Below are positions 38,352-47,931 of a stretch of DNA of 64,000 nucleotides, piece by piece (the first letter of the stretch is position 1; each line of letters starts with the position of its first letter). A model generated the notes under the pieces. It ran no database searches, had not been told where the DNA came from, and saw only the letters and a program-made list of their open reading frames with translations. The DNA comes from Alphaproteobacteria bacterium (lineage in GTDB: Bacteria; Pseudomonadota; Alphaproteobacteria; JACZXZ01), in NCBI GenBank assembly GCA_035509415.1, contig DATJLQ010000001.1, positions 101 to 64,100 on the forward strand, written 5' to 3'. The position numbers and the translations under genes are program-made.

Positions 38352-38807
38352 TCAGGCCGATGGCGCGCGCGCGGCGATGAGGCGCGCGATCGCGTCGACG
38401 GCGAGGACGTAGCCCTGCGGCCCGAAGCCCGCGAGCACGGCGGTCGCCGCCTGCGACACCAGCGAATGACGACGGAACGCGTCGCGCCGGTGGATGTTGG
38501 TGACGTGGATCTCGACGATCGGCCCGCCGAACGCGAGCAGCGCGTCGAGCACCGCGACCGAGGTCGTCGTCCAGCCCGCCGGGTTGATGACGATGCCGGC
38601 CGCGCGCTTCGACGCCTCCTGGATCCAGTCGACCAGCTTGCCCTCGCTGTTGGTCTGGCGGAACACGGCCGTGAGGCCGTGCTCCGCCGCGCGCCGCGCG
38701 CACTGCGCCGCCACCTCGGGCAGCGTGGTCGAGCCGTAGAGATGGGGCTCGCGCGTCCCGAGCAGGTTGAGGTTCGATCCGTTCAGGATATAGAGGCGCT
38801 TCGGCAT
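38352..38807 (-). CDS. aroQ: Type II 3-dehydroquinate dehydratase
   Basis: 151 aa MPKRLYILNGSNLNLLGTREP...NPAGWTTTS...IEIHVTNIHRRDAFR, the canonical type II DHQase. Confidence 0.9.
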   Translation of the reverse strand: MPKRLYILNGSNLNLLGTREPHLYGSTTLPEVAAQCARRAAEHGLTAVFRQTNSEGKLVDWIQEASKRAAGIVINPAGWTTTSVAVLDALLAFGGPIVEIHVTNIHRRDAFRRHSLVSQAATAVLAGFGPQGYVLAVDAIARLIAARAPSA

Positions 38808-39072
38808 GTTCGCTCTCCCTCGGATTCGGGCGCCCGGCGCCGGCACGCTCGGCGCTCGCGGCCGCCGGCCATCCCTAGGCCCGACGGCCCCGCTTGTCAA
38901 TTCGAGGCGGCCGGTTCGCCGGTGCCGCGACCGCTCGAAGCTTGGCGTGCCATGATTTGCATTTCGCGCCCGCACAGAGCATCCTGTGCCTCGGTCCATG
39001 GCGCTTCCCGCCTGCGTCGCGCGCGCCTCGGCGCCCCGCGACCGCCCGGGCCGCCCGCCGGAGATTTCCCCC

Positions 39073-39729
39073 ATGAGCCGCACGCACGCCGAGAAACACA
39101 AGCCGCGCCGGCGGCGCGTCAACGATCCCGAGGGGACCAAGCGCAACATCATCGAGGTCGCGACGCGCGAGTTCGCCGACAAGGGCTATGGCGGCGCCCG
39201 CGTCGACCAGATCGCGGCGCGCACCCGGACCAGCAAGCGCATGATCTATTACTATTTCGGCGGCAAGGAGGGCCTCTACATCGCCGTGCTCGAGGAGGCC
39301 TACCGCAGCATCCGCAGCATCGAATCGACCCTCGATCTCGGCCGGCGCGGACCCGAGGAGGCGCTCCGCAAGCTGGTCGCCTTCACCTTCGACTACCAGA
39401 ATGCGCACCCCAAGTTCGTGCGCCTGGTGATGAACGAGAACATCCTCAACGGCGCCCACGTCGCGCGCTCGACCGCGATCCAGCGCCTCAACACCGTCGT
39501 CATCGACACGTTGCGCGAGCTGCTCGCCCGGGGCCGGGCCGAGGGCGTGTTCCGGCGCGACATCGACCCGGTCGAGCTTCATATGTCGATCAGCGCGCTG
39601 TGCATCTTCAACGTCGCGAACCGCGCCACCTTCTCGACCATCTTCAAGCGCGACATGACGTCCGCCGCGGCCCTGGCCGCGCGCCGCACCCAGGTCGTCG
39701 ACCTGATCATCCGGTACGTGATGCGCTGA
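39073..39729 (+). CDS. TetR/AcrR-family transcriptional regulator
   Basis: 218 aa with N-terminal HTH (TKRNIIEVATREFADKGYGGARVDQIAARTRTSKRMIYYYFGGKEGLY). Located between aroQ and the TRAP operon. Confidence 0.9.
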   Translation: MSRTHAEKHKPRRRRVNDPEGTKRNIIEVATREFADKGYGGARVDQIAARTRTSKRMIYYYFGGKEGLYIAVLEEAYRSIRSIESTLDLGRRGPEEALRKLVAFTFDYQNAHPKFVRLVMNENILNGAHVARSTAIQRLNTVVIDTLRELLARGRAEGVFRRDIDPVELHMSISALCIFNVANRATFSTIFKRDMTSAAALAARRTQVVDLIIRYVMR

Positions 39730-39779
39730 GCGGCGCGGACCGCGGTCTCCCTCCGGGGCGGCGCCGCTGTTTTGGCTCG

Positions 39780-39809
39780 TTGACAAAATGAACCAACTGG
39801 TACATTTTG
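39780..39809 (+). promoter_or_regulatory. Promoter (-35 TTGACA) overlapping a 26-bp palindromic operator upstream of the TRAP operon
   Basis: TTGACA, then CAAAATGAACCAACTGGTACATTTTG (22/26 self-complementary; core ATGAAC-N6-GTACAT). Lies 80 nt upstream of the dctP ATG. Confidence 0.55.
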
Positions 39810-39891
39810 GCGCCCGATAAAGAGCCGCAAGAGCCCCTGCCGACGGGCGCGCCGCGCGACCCGGGCAGAATCGATCATGGGAGGATGAAAA

Positions 39892-40878
39892 ATGAAGTCG
39901 ATCAAACGTCGCACCGTTTTGGCCGCCGGCGCCTCGATCGTCGCGCTCGGCATGGCGGGCGTGCCGCGCGCGCGCGCCAAGACCAAGCTTCGCTTCTCCG
40001 GCGCGTTCACCGAGCAGGACCCTCGGGCCGACGCCTACAAGGCGCTCGCGCAGGCGGTCAAGGACGAGTTCGAGATCGAGCTTTACTTCAACAACACGCT
40101 CTTCAAGCAGGGCACCGAGCTCGTCGCCATGGAGCGCGGCAATCTCGAGATGTGCAACCTCGCCCCGCAGGACATCGCGAAGCAGGTGCCGGCCTGGACG
40201 CTCATGACCTCGGCCTATCTCTTCCGCGGCATCGACCACCTCGAGAAGACGTACAAGAGCGCTCCCGGCAAGGAGATGATCAAGCTCGCCAAGGACAAGC
40301 TCGGCGTCCAGGTCATCACGCCGGTCTATTTCGGCACGCGCCAGGTGAACCTGAAGCCCGACCGCAAGATCGAGACGCCGAAGGACATGGCGGGGATCAA
40401 GCTGCGCATGCCGCCGGGCGAGGTGTGGCAATTCCTCGGCGAGGCGATCGGCGCCAACCCGACGCCGGTTGCGTTCTCCGAGGTCTACACCGCGCTCCAG
40501 ACCGGCGCCATCGACGGCCAGGACAATCCGCTGGTGCTGAGCAAGCTGATGAAGTTCTACGAGGTCACCACCCAGTTCGTGCTCACCAGCCACCTGGTCG
40601 GCCACGACGTGATGGCGATGGATTCCAAGGTCTGGAACGCCATGACGCCGGCGCAGCAGGCGCGCTTCCAGTCGGCGGCGGAGAAGTCGATCAAGATCTC
40701 CACCTCGGCGTTCAACGGCCAGGAGCAGGACGCGGCGGCCTTCTTCAAGGCGCAAGGCCTGAAGCTCTACAAGCCCGACGTGGCCGCGTTCCGCACCTAC
40801 GCCCAGAAGAAGTACCTCGACAAGTACGGCGCGGATTGGCCCAAGGGCATGCTCGAGCGCATCAACGCGATCGCCTGA
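39892..40878 (+). CDS. TRAP transporter substrate-binding protein (DctP family)
   Basis: 328 aa with signal peptide and DctP-family fold motifs. Confidence 0.9.
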   Translation: MKSIKRRTVLAAGASIVALGMAGVPRARAKTKLRFSGAFTEQDPRADAYKALAQAVKDEFEIELYFNNTLFKQGTELVAMERGNLEMCNLAPQDIAKQVPAWTLMTSAYLFRGIDHLEKTYKSAPGKEMIKLAKDKLGVQVITPVYFGTRQVNLKPDRKIETPKDMAGIKLRMPPGEVWQFLGEAIGANPTPVAFSEVYTALQTGAIDGQDNPLVLSKLMKFYEVTTQFVLTSHLVGHDVMAMDSKVWNAMTPAQQARFQSAAEKSIKISTSAFNGQEQDAAAFFKAQGLKLYKPDVAAFRTYAQKKYLDKYGADWPKGMLERINAIA

Positions 40879-40998
40879 GCCGCACCCGCCGATTGCGGCA
40901 CGCAAGCGAATCCAGGCGGCCGTCCGCGGACGGTCGCCTGGACGCACGAACGGGATAGCGGCGCGCCGCCTTCGGCGCGCTGCGAGGGGATCCTGCCG

Positions 40999-41517
40999 AT
41001 GAGAGGGGAATCCGCCTTGACGCACTGGGGCCGGTGGCTGCGGCGGCGCGCGGAGAACGTCGCGGTGGCCCTCCTCGCGACCATGTTCGTCGCCTTCATC
41101 GTCCAGATCGTCTTCCGCTACGTGTTCGATTACCCGGTCGGCTGGACCGTCGAGGTCAGCACCGTCACGTGGCTCTGGACCGTGCTGTGGGGGGCCGCGT
41201 TCGTGCTCTCCGAGCGCGACGAGATCCGCTTCGACATCGTCTACGGCAGCGTGCCCGAGCGCTGGCGGCGCCGCTTCACGATCGTCACCGGGATCGCGCT
41301 CGTGGCACTCTACGGCGCGTCGCTGCCGGCCGCCTACCGCTACGTCGCCTTCATGAAGATCGAGACCTCGACCTATCTCCACATTCCGATCGATTACCTC
41401 TACTCGATCTACATCATCTTCGCCGTCGCCTGCATTTGCCGCTACGGCTGGCTGGTCTGGCGCGCGCTCCATAGGGCGAAGTCGCCGGTCACCGACCCCG
41501 CCAGGCTGGCGGACTGA
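40999..41517 (+). CDS. TRAP transporter small permease (DctQ family)
   Basis: 172 aa, 4 TM. Confidence 0.8.
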   Translation: MRGESALTHWGRWLRRRAENVAVALLATMFVAFIVQIVFRYVFDYPVGWTVEVSTVTWLWTVLWGAAFVLSERDEIRFDIVYGSVPERWRRRFTIVTGIALVALYGASLPAAYRYVAFMKIETSTYLHIPIDYLYSIYIIFAVACICRYGWLVWRALHRAKSPVTDPARLAD

Positions 41518-41519
41518 CC

Positions 41520-42818
41520 ATGACGATCACGCCCTTCGAGGTCTGCGTCGGCACCATCGTCGGCCTGGGCATCCTCGGCCTCCCGATCGGCCATTCGATG
41601 ATCGCCGCCTCGATCCTCTACCTGTTCCTCGCCCATCTCGATCCGGGCACCGCGGCCGAGCAGATCCTGAACGGCATCAACGACAGCTACGTGCTGATCG
41701 CGGTGCCGTTGTTCATCGTCGCGGCCGACATCATGAACGCCGGCAGCCTGACCGACCGGCTGCTCAATTTCTGCCTCGCCCTGGTCGGCCGGTTCCGCGG
41801 CGGCCTCGGCCACGTGAACGTCGTGGCCAACGTGATTTTCGCCGGCATGTCGGGCTCGGCGATCGCGGACGCGGTCGGCATCGGCCGCATCATCATCGGC
41901 ATGATGACCAAGGAGAACCGCTACCCCGCCGCGTATGCGGGCGCCATTACCGCCGCCTCCGCCGTGATCGGGCCGATCATCCCGCCCTCGATCCCGATGG
42001 TGGTTTACGCGCTCATCTCGGACGCCTCGATCGGCTACCTCTTCCTCGGCGGCGTGGTGCCCGGCCTGCTCTTGGGCGTCGCCTACATGGTGACCAACGC
42101 CGTCATCTCCCGCCGCCGGCGCTATCCCGTCGAGGCGCCGGTGCCGCTGCGCGAATTCCCCAAGATCACGATGCGCGCGTTCCCCGCGCTGATGCTGCCG
42201 GTGATCCTGCTGTTCGGCATCTATGGCGGGGTCACGACGCCGACCGAGGGTGCCGCGCTCGCCGCCGCCTACGCGCTCTTCGCCTCGACCGTGATCTACC
42301 GCGCGGTCACTTGGAAGCAGCTCTACGCCGCGTTCCTCACGAGCTTCAAGTCGGCCTCCTCGGTCGGCATCCTGATCGCCGGCGCCCTCGCCTTCAATTA
42401 CGTCGTAACGATCGAGAACGTGCCGACCGGGCTCCAGCATTTCATGAGCGGCTTCCATCTCTCGGCCTGGGGCTTCCTGCTGCTGGTGAACATCCTGCTC
42501 CTGATTCTCGGCTGCCTGCTCGAGGGCACCACCATCCTGCTCGTCATCGTTCCGATCTTCATTCCGACCGCGAAGTCGCTCGGCATCGATCTCGTCTATT
42601 TCGGCGTCGTGGTCGTGGTCAACATCATGATCGGCCTGGTGACGCCGCCCTACGGCCTGCTGCTGTTCGTCATCGCCAACATGACCAAAGAGCCGCTGGC
42701 CAAGATCGTGCGCGAGGCAGCACCCTTCATCGTCGCGGCGGTCGTGGTCCTGATCCTGATCACGGCCGTACCCGACCTGGTGCTCTGGCTGCCGCGCGAA
42801 ATCGGCTACAAGGGATAG
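41520..42818 (+). CDS. TRAP transporter large permease (DctM family)
   Basis: 432 aa, 12+ TM, DctM motifs. Confidence 0.92.
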   Translation: MTITPFEVCVGTIVGLGILGLPIGHSMIAASILYLFLAHLDPGTAAEQILNGINDSYVLIAVPLFIVAADIMNAGSLTDRLLNFCLALVGRFRGGLGHVNVVANVIFAGMSGSAIADAVGIGRIIIGMMTKENRYPAAYAGAITAASAVIGPIIPPSIPMVVYALISDASIGYLFLGGVVPGLLLGVAYMVTNAVISRRRRYPVEAPVPLREFPKITMRAFPALMLPVILLFGIYGGVTTPTEGAALAAAYALFASTVIYRAVTWKQLYAAFLTSFKSASSVGILIAGALAFNYVVTIENVPTGLQHFMSGFHLSAWGFLLLVNILLLILGCLLEGTTILLVIVPIFIPTAKSLGIDLVYFGVVVVVNIMIGLVTPPYGLLLFVIANMTKEPLAKIVREAAPFIVAAVVVLILITAVPDLVLWLPREIGYKG

Positions 42819-42822
42819 CGCC

Positions 42823-43755
42823 GTGAACGGACCCTTCCCCGCGCAGCACGGCACGCCGTCCGGCAGGACAGCCGCGACGGGGAGCGCGCTCGTGGGCCTC
42901 ATCGGCGCCAATATCAAGAGCTCGCTCTCGCCAGCGCTCCACGAGGATGCGTTCGCGGCGGCGGGCCTGCGCGGCCATTACCATCTCATGGATCTCGATC
43001 TTCTCCCCGGCCGCACGCTCGCCGAGCTGCTCGCTTCCGTGCGCGCCGCGGGCTTCGCCGGCGTCAACGTCACCTATCCCTGCAAGGAGGCGGTGCTACC
43101 GCTGCTCGACGCGGTGTCGGCGGAGGCGCGCGACATCGGCGCCGTCAACACGGTCACGATCGCGCCCGACCGCTCGACCGTGGGCTACAACACCGACCGG
43201 ATCGGATTTCGGCGCGCCTTCGAGGAGACGTTCGGGCGCGGCCCGGTCGAGGGGGCGACGGCGCTTCTCATCGGCGCGGGCGGCGCCGGCCGCGCGGTCG
43301 CGTTCTCGCTCTTCGATCTCGGCGTCGCGACCCTCCTGGTCCACGACCTCGCTCGGACGCGCGCGGTCGCCCTTGCCGACGAGCTCGCGCAGCGCTTCGG
43401 CCCGGGCCGCGCGCGCGCGGCGAGCGATGCCGCCGCCGCTCTCGCCGAGGCCGCTGGCGTGGTGAACGCGACGCCGGTGGGCATGCTCGGCATCCCCGGC
43501 AACCCCGTGCCCATGGCGGCGCTCGAGCCGCGCCACTGGGTCGCGGACGTGATCTACACGCCGCTCGAGACCCAGCTCGTCACGGGTGCCCGCGCGATCG
43601 GCGCCCGCGCCATGGGCGGGTCCGCGATGTGCGTGCACCAGGCGGCGGAATCGTTCCGCCTCTTCACCGGCCTCGTCCCCGACATCGCGCGTATGCGCCG
43701 CACCTTCGCCGACGCCGCCGCCGCGCGCGAAGCCACGCTCGCGCGCGCGGGCTGA
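42823..43755 (+). CDS. Shikimate/quinate 5-dehydrogenase family protein (AroE-like paralog)
   Basis: GTG start 4 nt after the dctM stop. Substrate-binding N-domain (SLSPALHE) and Rossmann GAGGAGRAV. Confidence 0.85.
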   Translation: MNGPFPAQHGTPSGRTAATGSALVGLIGANIKSSLSPALHEDAFAAAGLRGHYHLMDLDLLPGRTLAELLASVRAAGFAGVNVTYPCKEAVLPLLDAVSAEARDIGAVNTVTIAPDRSTVGYNTDRIGFRRAFEETFGRGPVEGATALLIGAGGAGRAVAFSLFDLGVATLLVHDLARTRAVALADELAQRFGPGRARAASDAAAALAEAAGVVNATPVGMLGIPGNPVPMAALEPRHWVADVIYTPLETQLVTGARAIGARAMGGSAMCVHQAAESFRLFTGLVPDIARMRRTFADAAAAREATLARAG

Positions 43756-44113
43756 GCGCGGCCCCGGCACGTTTTCAGCGTTTCCGCGTTATGGAGCGTC
43801 GGGCGGCCGCGCGACCGCGCACGGCGTTGCGCGCAGCCTTGCCCGCGCATCGTCCCGCCCGCGCGCGCCCCGGCTTGGGCGCCGCAAGGCCTGAAGCCCC
43901 GCTTTCCCAATGAAATAGGAGATTTTCTTGAATATCATATAATCGCGTTGATTTCTCCGCGCGTGCCACTTAGGCTCCGATGCCGAGCCCGGCGGAACGG
44001 GCGGGCGCTTCGGCGCCTTCCGCCCGCCGGGCCCGGATGCTACAAAAGCTGCCCGGGTCGCGGGCCACCGCCGGTTCCGGGCAACAACGACAACGAGACC
44101 CAAACGGGAGGAA

Positions 44114-45265
44114 ATGATCATGAAATCGTTCGTCGCGGGCGTCGCCATCGCGGGCGCCGCCCTCATCCTGTCGCCCATCGCCGCGCGCGCCGCGGATACG
44201 GTGCTCATCCCCTATGTGGGCGAGCTGTCCGGGCCCGGCGCCGTCTCCGGCACCAACTTCCGCGACGGCATCGTCCTGGCCGAAGAGGAGATCAACGCCA
44301 AGGGCGGCATTCTCGGCAAGAAGATCGACACGCCGATGTACGACACCCAGAGCGACGCGAGCGTCTCGCGCGCCCAGATCCAGAAGGTGCTCGACGAGCA
44401 TCCCTACGTGATCCTGGGCCCGGTCTATTCCGGCTCGGTCGTGGTCGACATGAAGCTGACCCAGGCGGCCGAAATCCCCGAGATCGTCGGCGGCGAGGCG
44501 GGCAACATCACGACCCAGGGCGACCCCTACGTGTTCCGCACCTCGTTCGGCCAGCAGTTCAGCATGCCGATCATCGCGAACTACATGGCCGACCAGCTCA
44601 AGATCAAGTCGGTCGCGGTGGTGTGGGTCAACAACGATTTCGGCAAGGGCGGGCGCGACGCCTTCGACAAGGAGATGGCCAAGCGCGGCATCAAGGTGGT
44701 CGTCGACGATTCGACCGAATCGGGCCAGACCGACTTCTCGGCCGACGTGGTCAAGGTCAAGGCGGCCAACCCGGACGCGGTGTTCGTCTATCTCAACGAG
44801 GAGGAAAGCGCGCGCTTCCTGCGTGAGGCCAAGAAGCAGGGCCTCCATAAGCCGCTCATCGGCGAGACCACGCTCCTGGGCCAGATCGTGATCAAGCTCG
44901 CCGGCGACGCCGCCAACGGCGTGCGCGGACATGTCGGCCTCACGATCGACGCGCCGATTCCGGCGGTCAAGGCGTTCGCCGAGCGCTTCCACAAGCGCTT
45001 CGGCTATTACTGCGATCATAACGGCATCAAGGGCTATACGGCCGTCTACATGATCAAGTACGTGACCGAGAAGATGGGCAAGTTCGATTCGAAGCTGTTT
45101 GCCACCACCCTCCATGGGCTCACCATCACGCCCAAGGAGGAGCCGAACATCCTGATGACGGCGACCTGGGACAAGAACGGCGACATCTACCGCGAGAGCT
45201 TCCTCGGCGAGGTCGTCGACGGCAAGCAGAAGATCGTGCAGATTCTGCCCGCGCTCAAGCCCTAG
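44114..45265 (+). CDS. ABC transporter substrate-binding protein, Liv (branched-chain amino acid / aromatic acid) family
   Basis: 383 aa with signal peptide and periplasmic binding protein type I fold. Confidence 0.9.
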   Translation: MIMKSFVAGVAIAGAALILSPIAARAADTVLIPYVGELSGPGAVSGTNFRDGIVLAEEEINAKGGILGKKIDTPMYDTQSDASVSRAQIQKVLDEHPYVILGPVYSGSVVVDMKLTQAAEIPEIVGGEAGNITTQGDPYVFRTSFGQQFSMPIIANYMADQLKIKSVAVVWVNNDFGKGGRDAFDKEMAKRGIKVVVDDSTESGQTDFSADVVKVKAANPDAVFVYLNEEESARFLREAKKQGLHKPLIGETTLLGQIVIKLAGDAANGVRGHVGLTIDAPIPAVKAFAERFHKRFGYYCDHNGIKGYTAVYMIKYVTEKMGKFDSKLFATTLHGLTITPKEEPNILMTATWDKNGDIYRESFLGEVVDGKQKIVQILPALKP

Positions 45266-45329
45266 GCACGGCCCGACCGCTCAAGGGCCCGGCGTCCTCG
45301 CAGGGGCGCCGGGCCGCCGAGGGATAATA

Positions 45330-46208
45330 ATGGTCGCGCTCATTCAGCTTCTGGTCTCCGGGCTCGCGACGGGCGCCATCTACGCGCTCGCCGCGGTCGG
45401 CTTCACCCTGCTTTGGCAGACCTCGCAGACGATCAACTTCGCCCAGGGCGAGTTCGTCATGCTGCCCGCCTTCTTCGTGCTCGCGGCGATGAAGTTCCTC
45501 GGCCTCGGCTTCTGGCCGGCGTCCCTCCTGGGCGTGCTGCTCTCGGTCCTGGTGCTCGGCCTCCTGTTCAAGCGCCTGGTGGTCGACCCGATGCTGCGCC
45601 ACGGCCTCCTGCCGCTCGTGATCTCGACCATCGCGCTCTCGCTCCTTCTCAAGGAGTCGGTCAAGGATTTCTACAGCCCGCAGGCCCAATCCTTCCCCTC
45701 GATGGTCGAGGCGCGCGACCTCCATGTGCTGGGGGCGGCGATCTCGACCCAGAGTATCGCCGTGATCGGCGCCGCGGTCATTGCGATCGCGGCGTTGCAC
45801 GTCTTCCTCCACTCGACGCGCGTCGGCCGCGCGATGCAGGCGACGGCGCAGAACCCGACGGTCGCGCGCATTCTCGGGATTCCGGTCGAGCGCATGATCC
45901 TCTACACCTTCCTGATCAACGCGGTCCTCGTGGCTCTCGCCTCGCTCCTGGTGAGCCCGATCTATCTCGCAAAATTCACCAACGGCGAGACGCTCGGCCT
46001 CGCGGCCTTCATCGCCGCCATCGTGGGCGGCTTCAACCAGGTGCGCGGCGCCATCCTCGGCGGCGTCATCCTCGGCATCCTCGACAACCTGACCGCGGCC
46101 TATCTCTCGGCCCAGTATCGCGGCGCGATTCCGCTCGTGCTGCTCATCGTCGTGATCCTGTTCCGGCCCCAGGGCATCTTGGGCCGGGTCGAGGAGCGCA
46201 CGGTATGA
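45330..46208 (+). CDS. ABC transporter permease (LivH-like)
   Basis: 292 aa, 8 TM. Confidence 0.9.
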   Translation: MVALIQLLVSGLATGAIYALAAVGFTLLWQTSQTINFAQGEFVMLPAFFVLAAMKFLGLGFWPASLLGVLLSVLVLGLLFKRLVVDPMLRHGLLPLVISTIALSLLLKESVKDFYSPQAQSFPSMVEARDLHVLGAAISTQSIAVIGAAVIAIAALHVFLHSTRVGRAMQATAQNPTVARILGIPVERMILYTFLINAVLVALASLLVSPIYLAKFTNGETLGLAAFIAAIVGGFNQVRGAILGGVILGILDNLTAAYLSAQYRGAIPLVLLIVVILFRPQGILGRVEERTV

Positions 46209-47191
46209 CGCGCCTCGGCGTGCTGTGCGCGGCCCTCGTCCTTGGGGCCGCCTGCGTGCTCCCCTTCTTCCTCGAGCCCTACGGCATCTATCTCCTGAGT
46301 GTCTGGGCGGTGACCTCGATCGCGGCCCTCGGGCTCAATCTCACCCTCGGCTATGCGGGCCAAATCTCGCTCGCCCAAGGTGCGTTCGTCGGCATCGGCG
46401 CCTATGTGGTGGCGCTCCTGACCAAGGGTGGGGTGCCGTTTCCGATCGCCTTCGCGGCCGCGGGTGCGGCCGCCTTCGCGGTCGGCTGGTGCTTGGGATA
46501 TCCGGCCCTCCGGGTCCAGCACCACTATCTCGCCTTCGTGACCCTCGCCTTCACCACCCTCGTGTTCCTGGTTTTGCGCAACGAGGAATGGCTCACGGGC
46601 GGCACCTACGGAATCAACGGCATCGCGCGGCCCGACGTCCTCGGCTGGTCGACCGAGCCCGCGCGCGCCTATTACTTTTTTTGCCTGGCGCTCATGGTGG
46701 TCGCGGCGGCGGCGTTCTGGGCCATGCTGCGCTCGCCCTGGGGCCGCGCCTTCGTCGCCTTGCGCGAGAACCCGGTGCGGGCACTCTCGCTCGGCGTCGA
46801 CACGCGGCGCTACACGCTCATGGCGTTCGCGATCGGCTCGGCCTTCGGCGGCATCGCGGGCGCGCTCGACGCGCCGCTGGTCCAGTTCATCGAGCCCAAC
46901 TCCTTCGCGCTCGGCCTCTCCTTCAACCTGCTGCTGATGGTGATCGTGGGCGGCGCCGGCACCTTCTTCGGGCCGTTCGTCGGCGCCATGGTCGCGGTAT
47001 TGCTGCCGGAATGGTTGCGCATCGCCCAGGCCTATTACCTGATCCTCTACGCGCTCGCGGTGATGGTGCTGATGGCGTTCTGTCCGTCGGGCATCCTGGG
47101 CCTGGTACGGCGCATCGGCGACGCGGCGCGCGCCCGGCGCACCGCGCTCGCGCGCGCGGCGGCGGCGAACGCGGCCGGGGGCTCGAAATGA
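46205..47191 (+). CDS. ABC transporter permease (LivM-like)
   Basis: Internal ATG overlapping the previous stop (ATGA). MTRLGVLCAALVLGAAC..., multi-TM. Confidence 0.88.
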   Translation: MTRLGVLCAALVLGAACVLPFFLEPYGIYLLSVWAVTSIAALGLNLTLGYAGQISLAQGAFVGIGAYVVALLTKGGVPFPIAFAAAGAAAFAVGWCLGYPALRVQHHYLAFVTLAFTTLVFLVLRNEEWLTGGTYGINGIARPDVLGWSTEPARAYYFFCLALMVVAAAAFWAMLRSPWGRAFVALRENPVRALSLGVDTRRYTLMAFAIGSAFGGIAGALDAPLVQFIEPNSFALGLSFNLLLMVIVGGAGTFFGPFVGAMVAVLLPEWLRIAQAYYLILYALAVMVLMAFCPSGILGLVRRIGDAARARRTALARAAAANAAGGSK

Positions 47192-47931
47192 GCGCGGTGC
47201 TCGAGGTCTCGGCGCTCAAGAAATCCTTCGGCGGCATCCTCGCGGTCGACGGCGTCTCCTTCTCGGTCGAGGAAGGCGAAATCCTCGGCATCATCGGCCC
47301 GAACGGCTCGGGGAAATCGACGCTCTTCAACTGCGTCCTCGGCCAGATGCGCCCCAGTGCCGGCGAGGTGCGGGTCGACGGGCGCCGGGTCACGGGCATG
47401 CGTCCCTGCGATCTCAACCGGCTCGGGGTCAGCCGCACCTTCCAGCTCTTGCAGGTGTTCCCCGAGCTCTCGGTGCGCGATAATCTGATCCTCGCGGGCC
47501 AGGAGCATCGCGGCACCATGCTCTCGCGCCTCCTCGGCCACCCCGACGCGGGCCTCGGCGCGGCGGCGGAGCGCATGATCGCGTTCTTCGCCCTCGGCCA
47601 CCTCGAAAACGAGAAGGCGGGCCGCTTGAGCTACGGCCAGCAGAAGCTGCTCGATGCCGCGATGGCGTTCATGGCGGGCCCGCGCCTGGTGCTCCTCGAC
47701 GAGCCCGCGGGCGGCGTCAATCCGAGCATGCTCGGCCAGCTGGCCGAGCGCTTGCGCGCGATCAACGCGGAGCAAGGGGCGACTTTCGTCGTGATCGAGC
47801 ACAACATGGACTTCGTCATGTCGCTGTGCAGCCGGATCCTGGTGCTCGCCGAAGGGAAGATCATCGCCGAGGGGACGCCCGAAGCGGTGCGCCGCGATGC
47901 CCTCGTGATGGAGGCCTATCTTGGCCGCTGA
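47188..47931 (+). CDS. ABC transporter ATP-binding protein (LivG-like)
   Basis: Walker A GPNGSGKST and signature LSYGQQK. ATGA overlap. Confidence 0.9.
   Translation: MSAVLEVSALKKSFGGILAVDGVSFSVEEGEILGIIGPNGSGKSTLFNCVLGQMRPSAGEVRVDGRRVTGMRPCDLNRLGVSRTFQLLQVFPELSVRDNLILAGQEHRGTMLSRLLGHPDAGLGAAAERMIAFFALGHLENEKAGRLSYGQQKLLDAAMAFMAGPRLVLLDEPAGGVNPSMLGQLAERLRAINAEQGATFVVIEHNMDFVMSLCSRILVLAEGKIIAEGTPEAVRRDALVMEAYLGR

Noticed and set aside
38808-39072. CACAG-agcatc-CTGTG palindrome in the aroQ/tetR divergent spacer, considered as a second TetR operator
   Set aside because: It shares no sequence with the ATGWAC-N6-GTACAT sites found at the TRAP and cupin promoters. Kept as unexplained, not called.
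38875-41472. 865-aa minus-strand ORF across the tetR-TRAP region
   Set aside because: Antisense to the TetR, DctP and DctQ genes, which have clear family signatures. No domain-like sequence.
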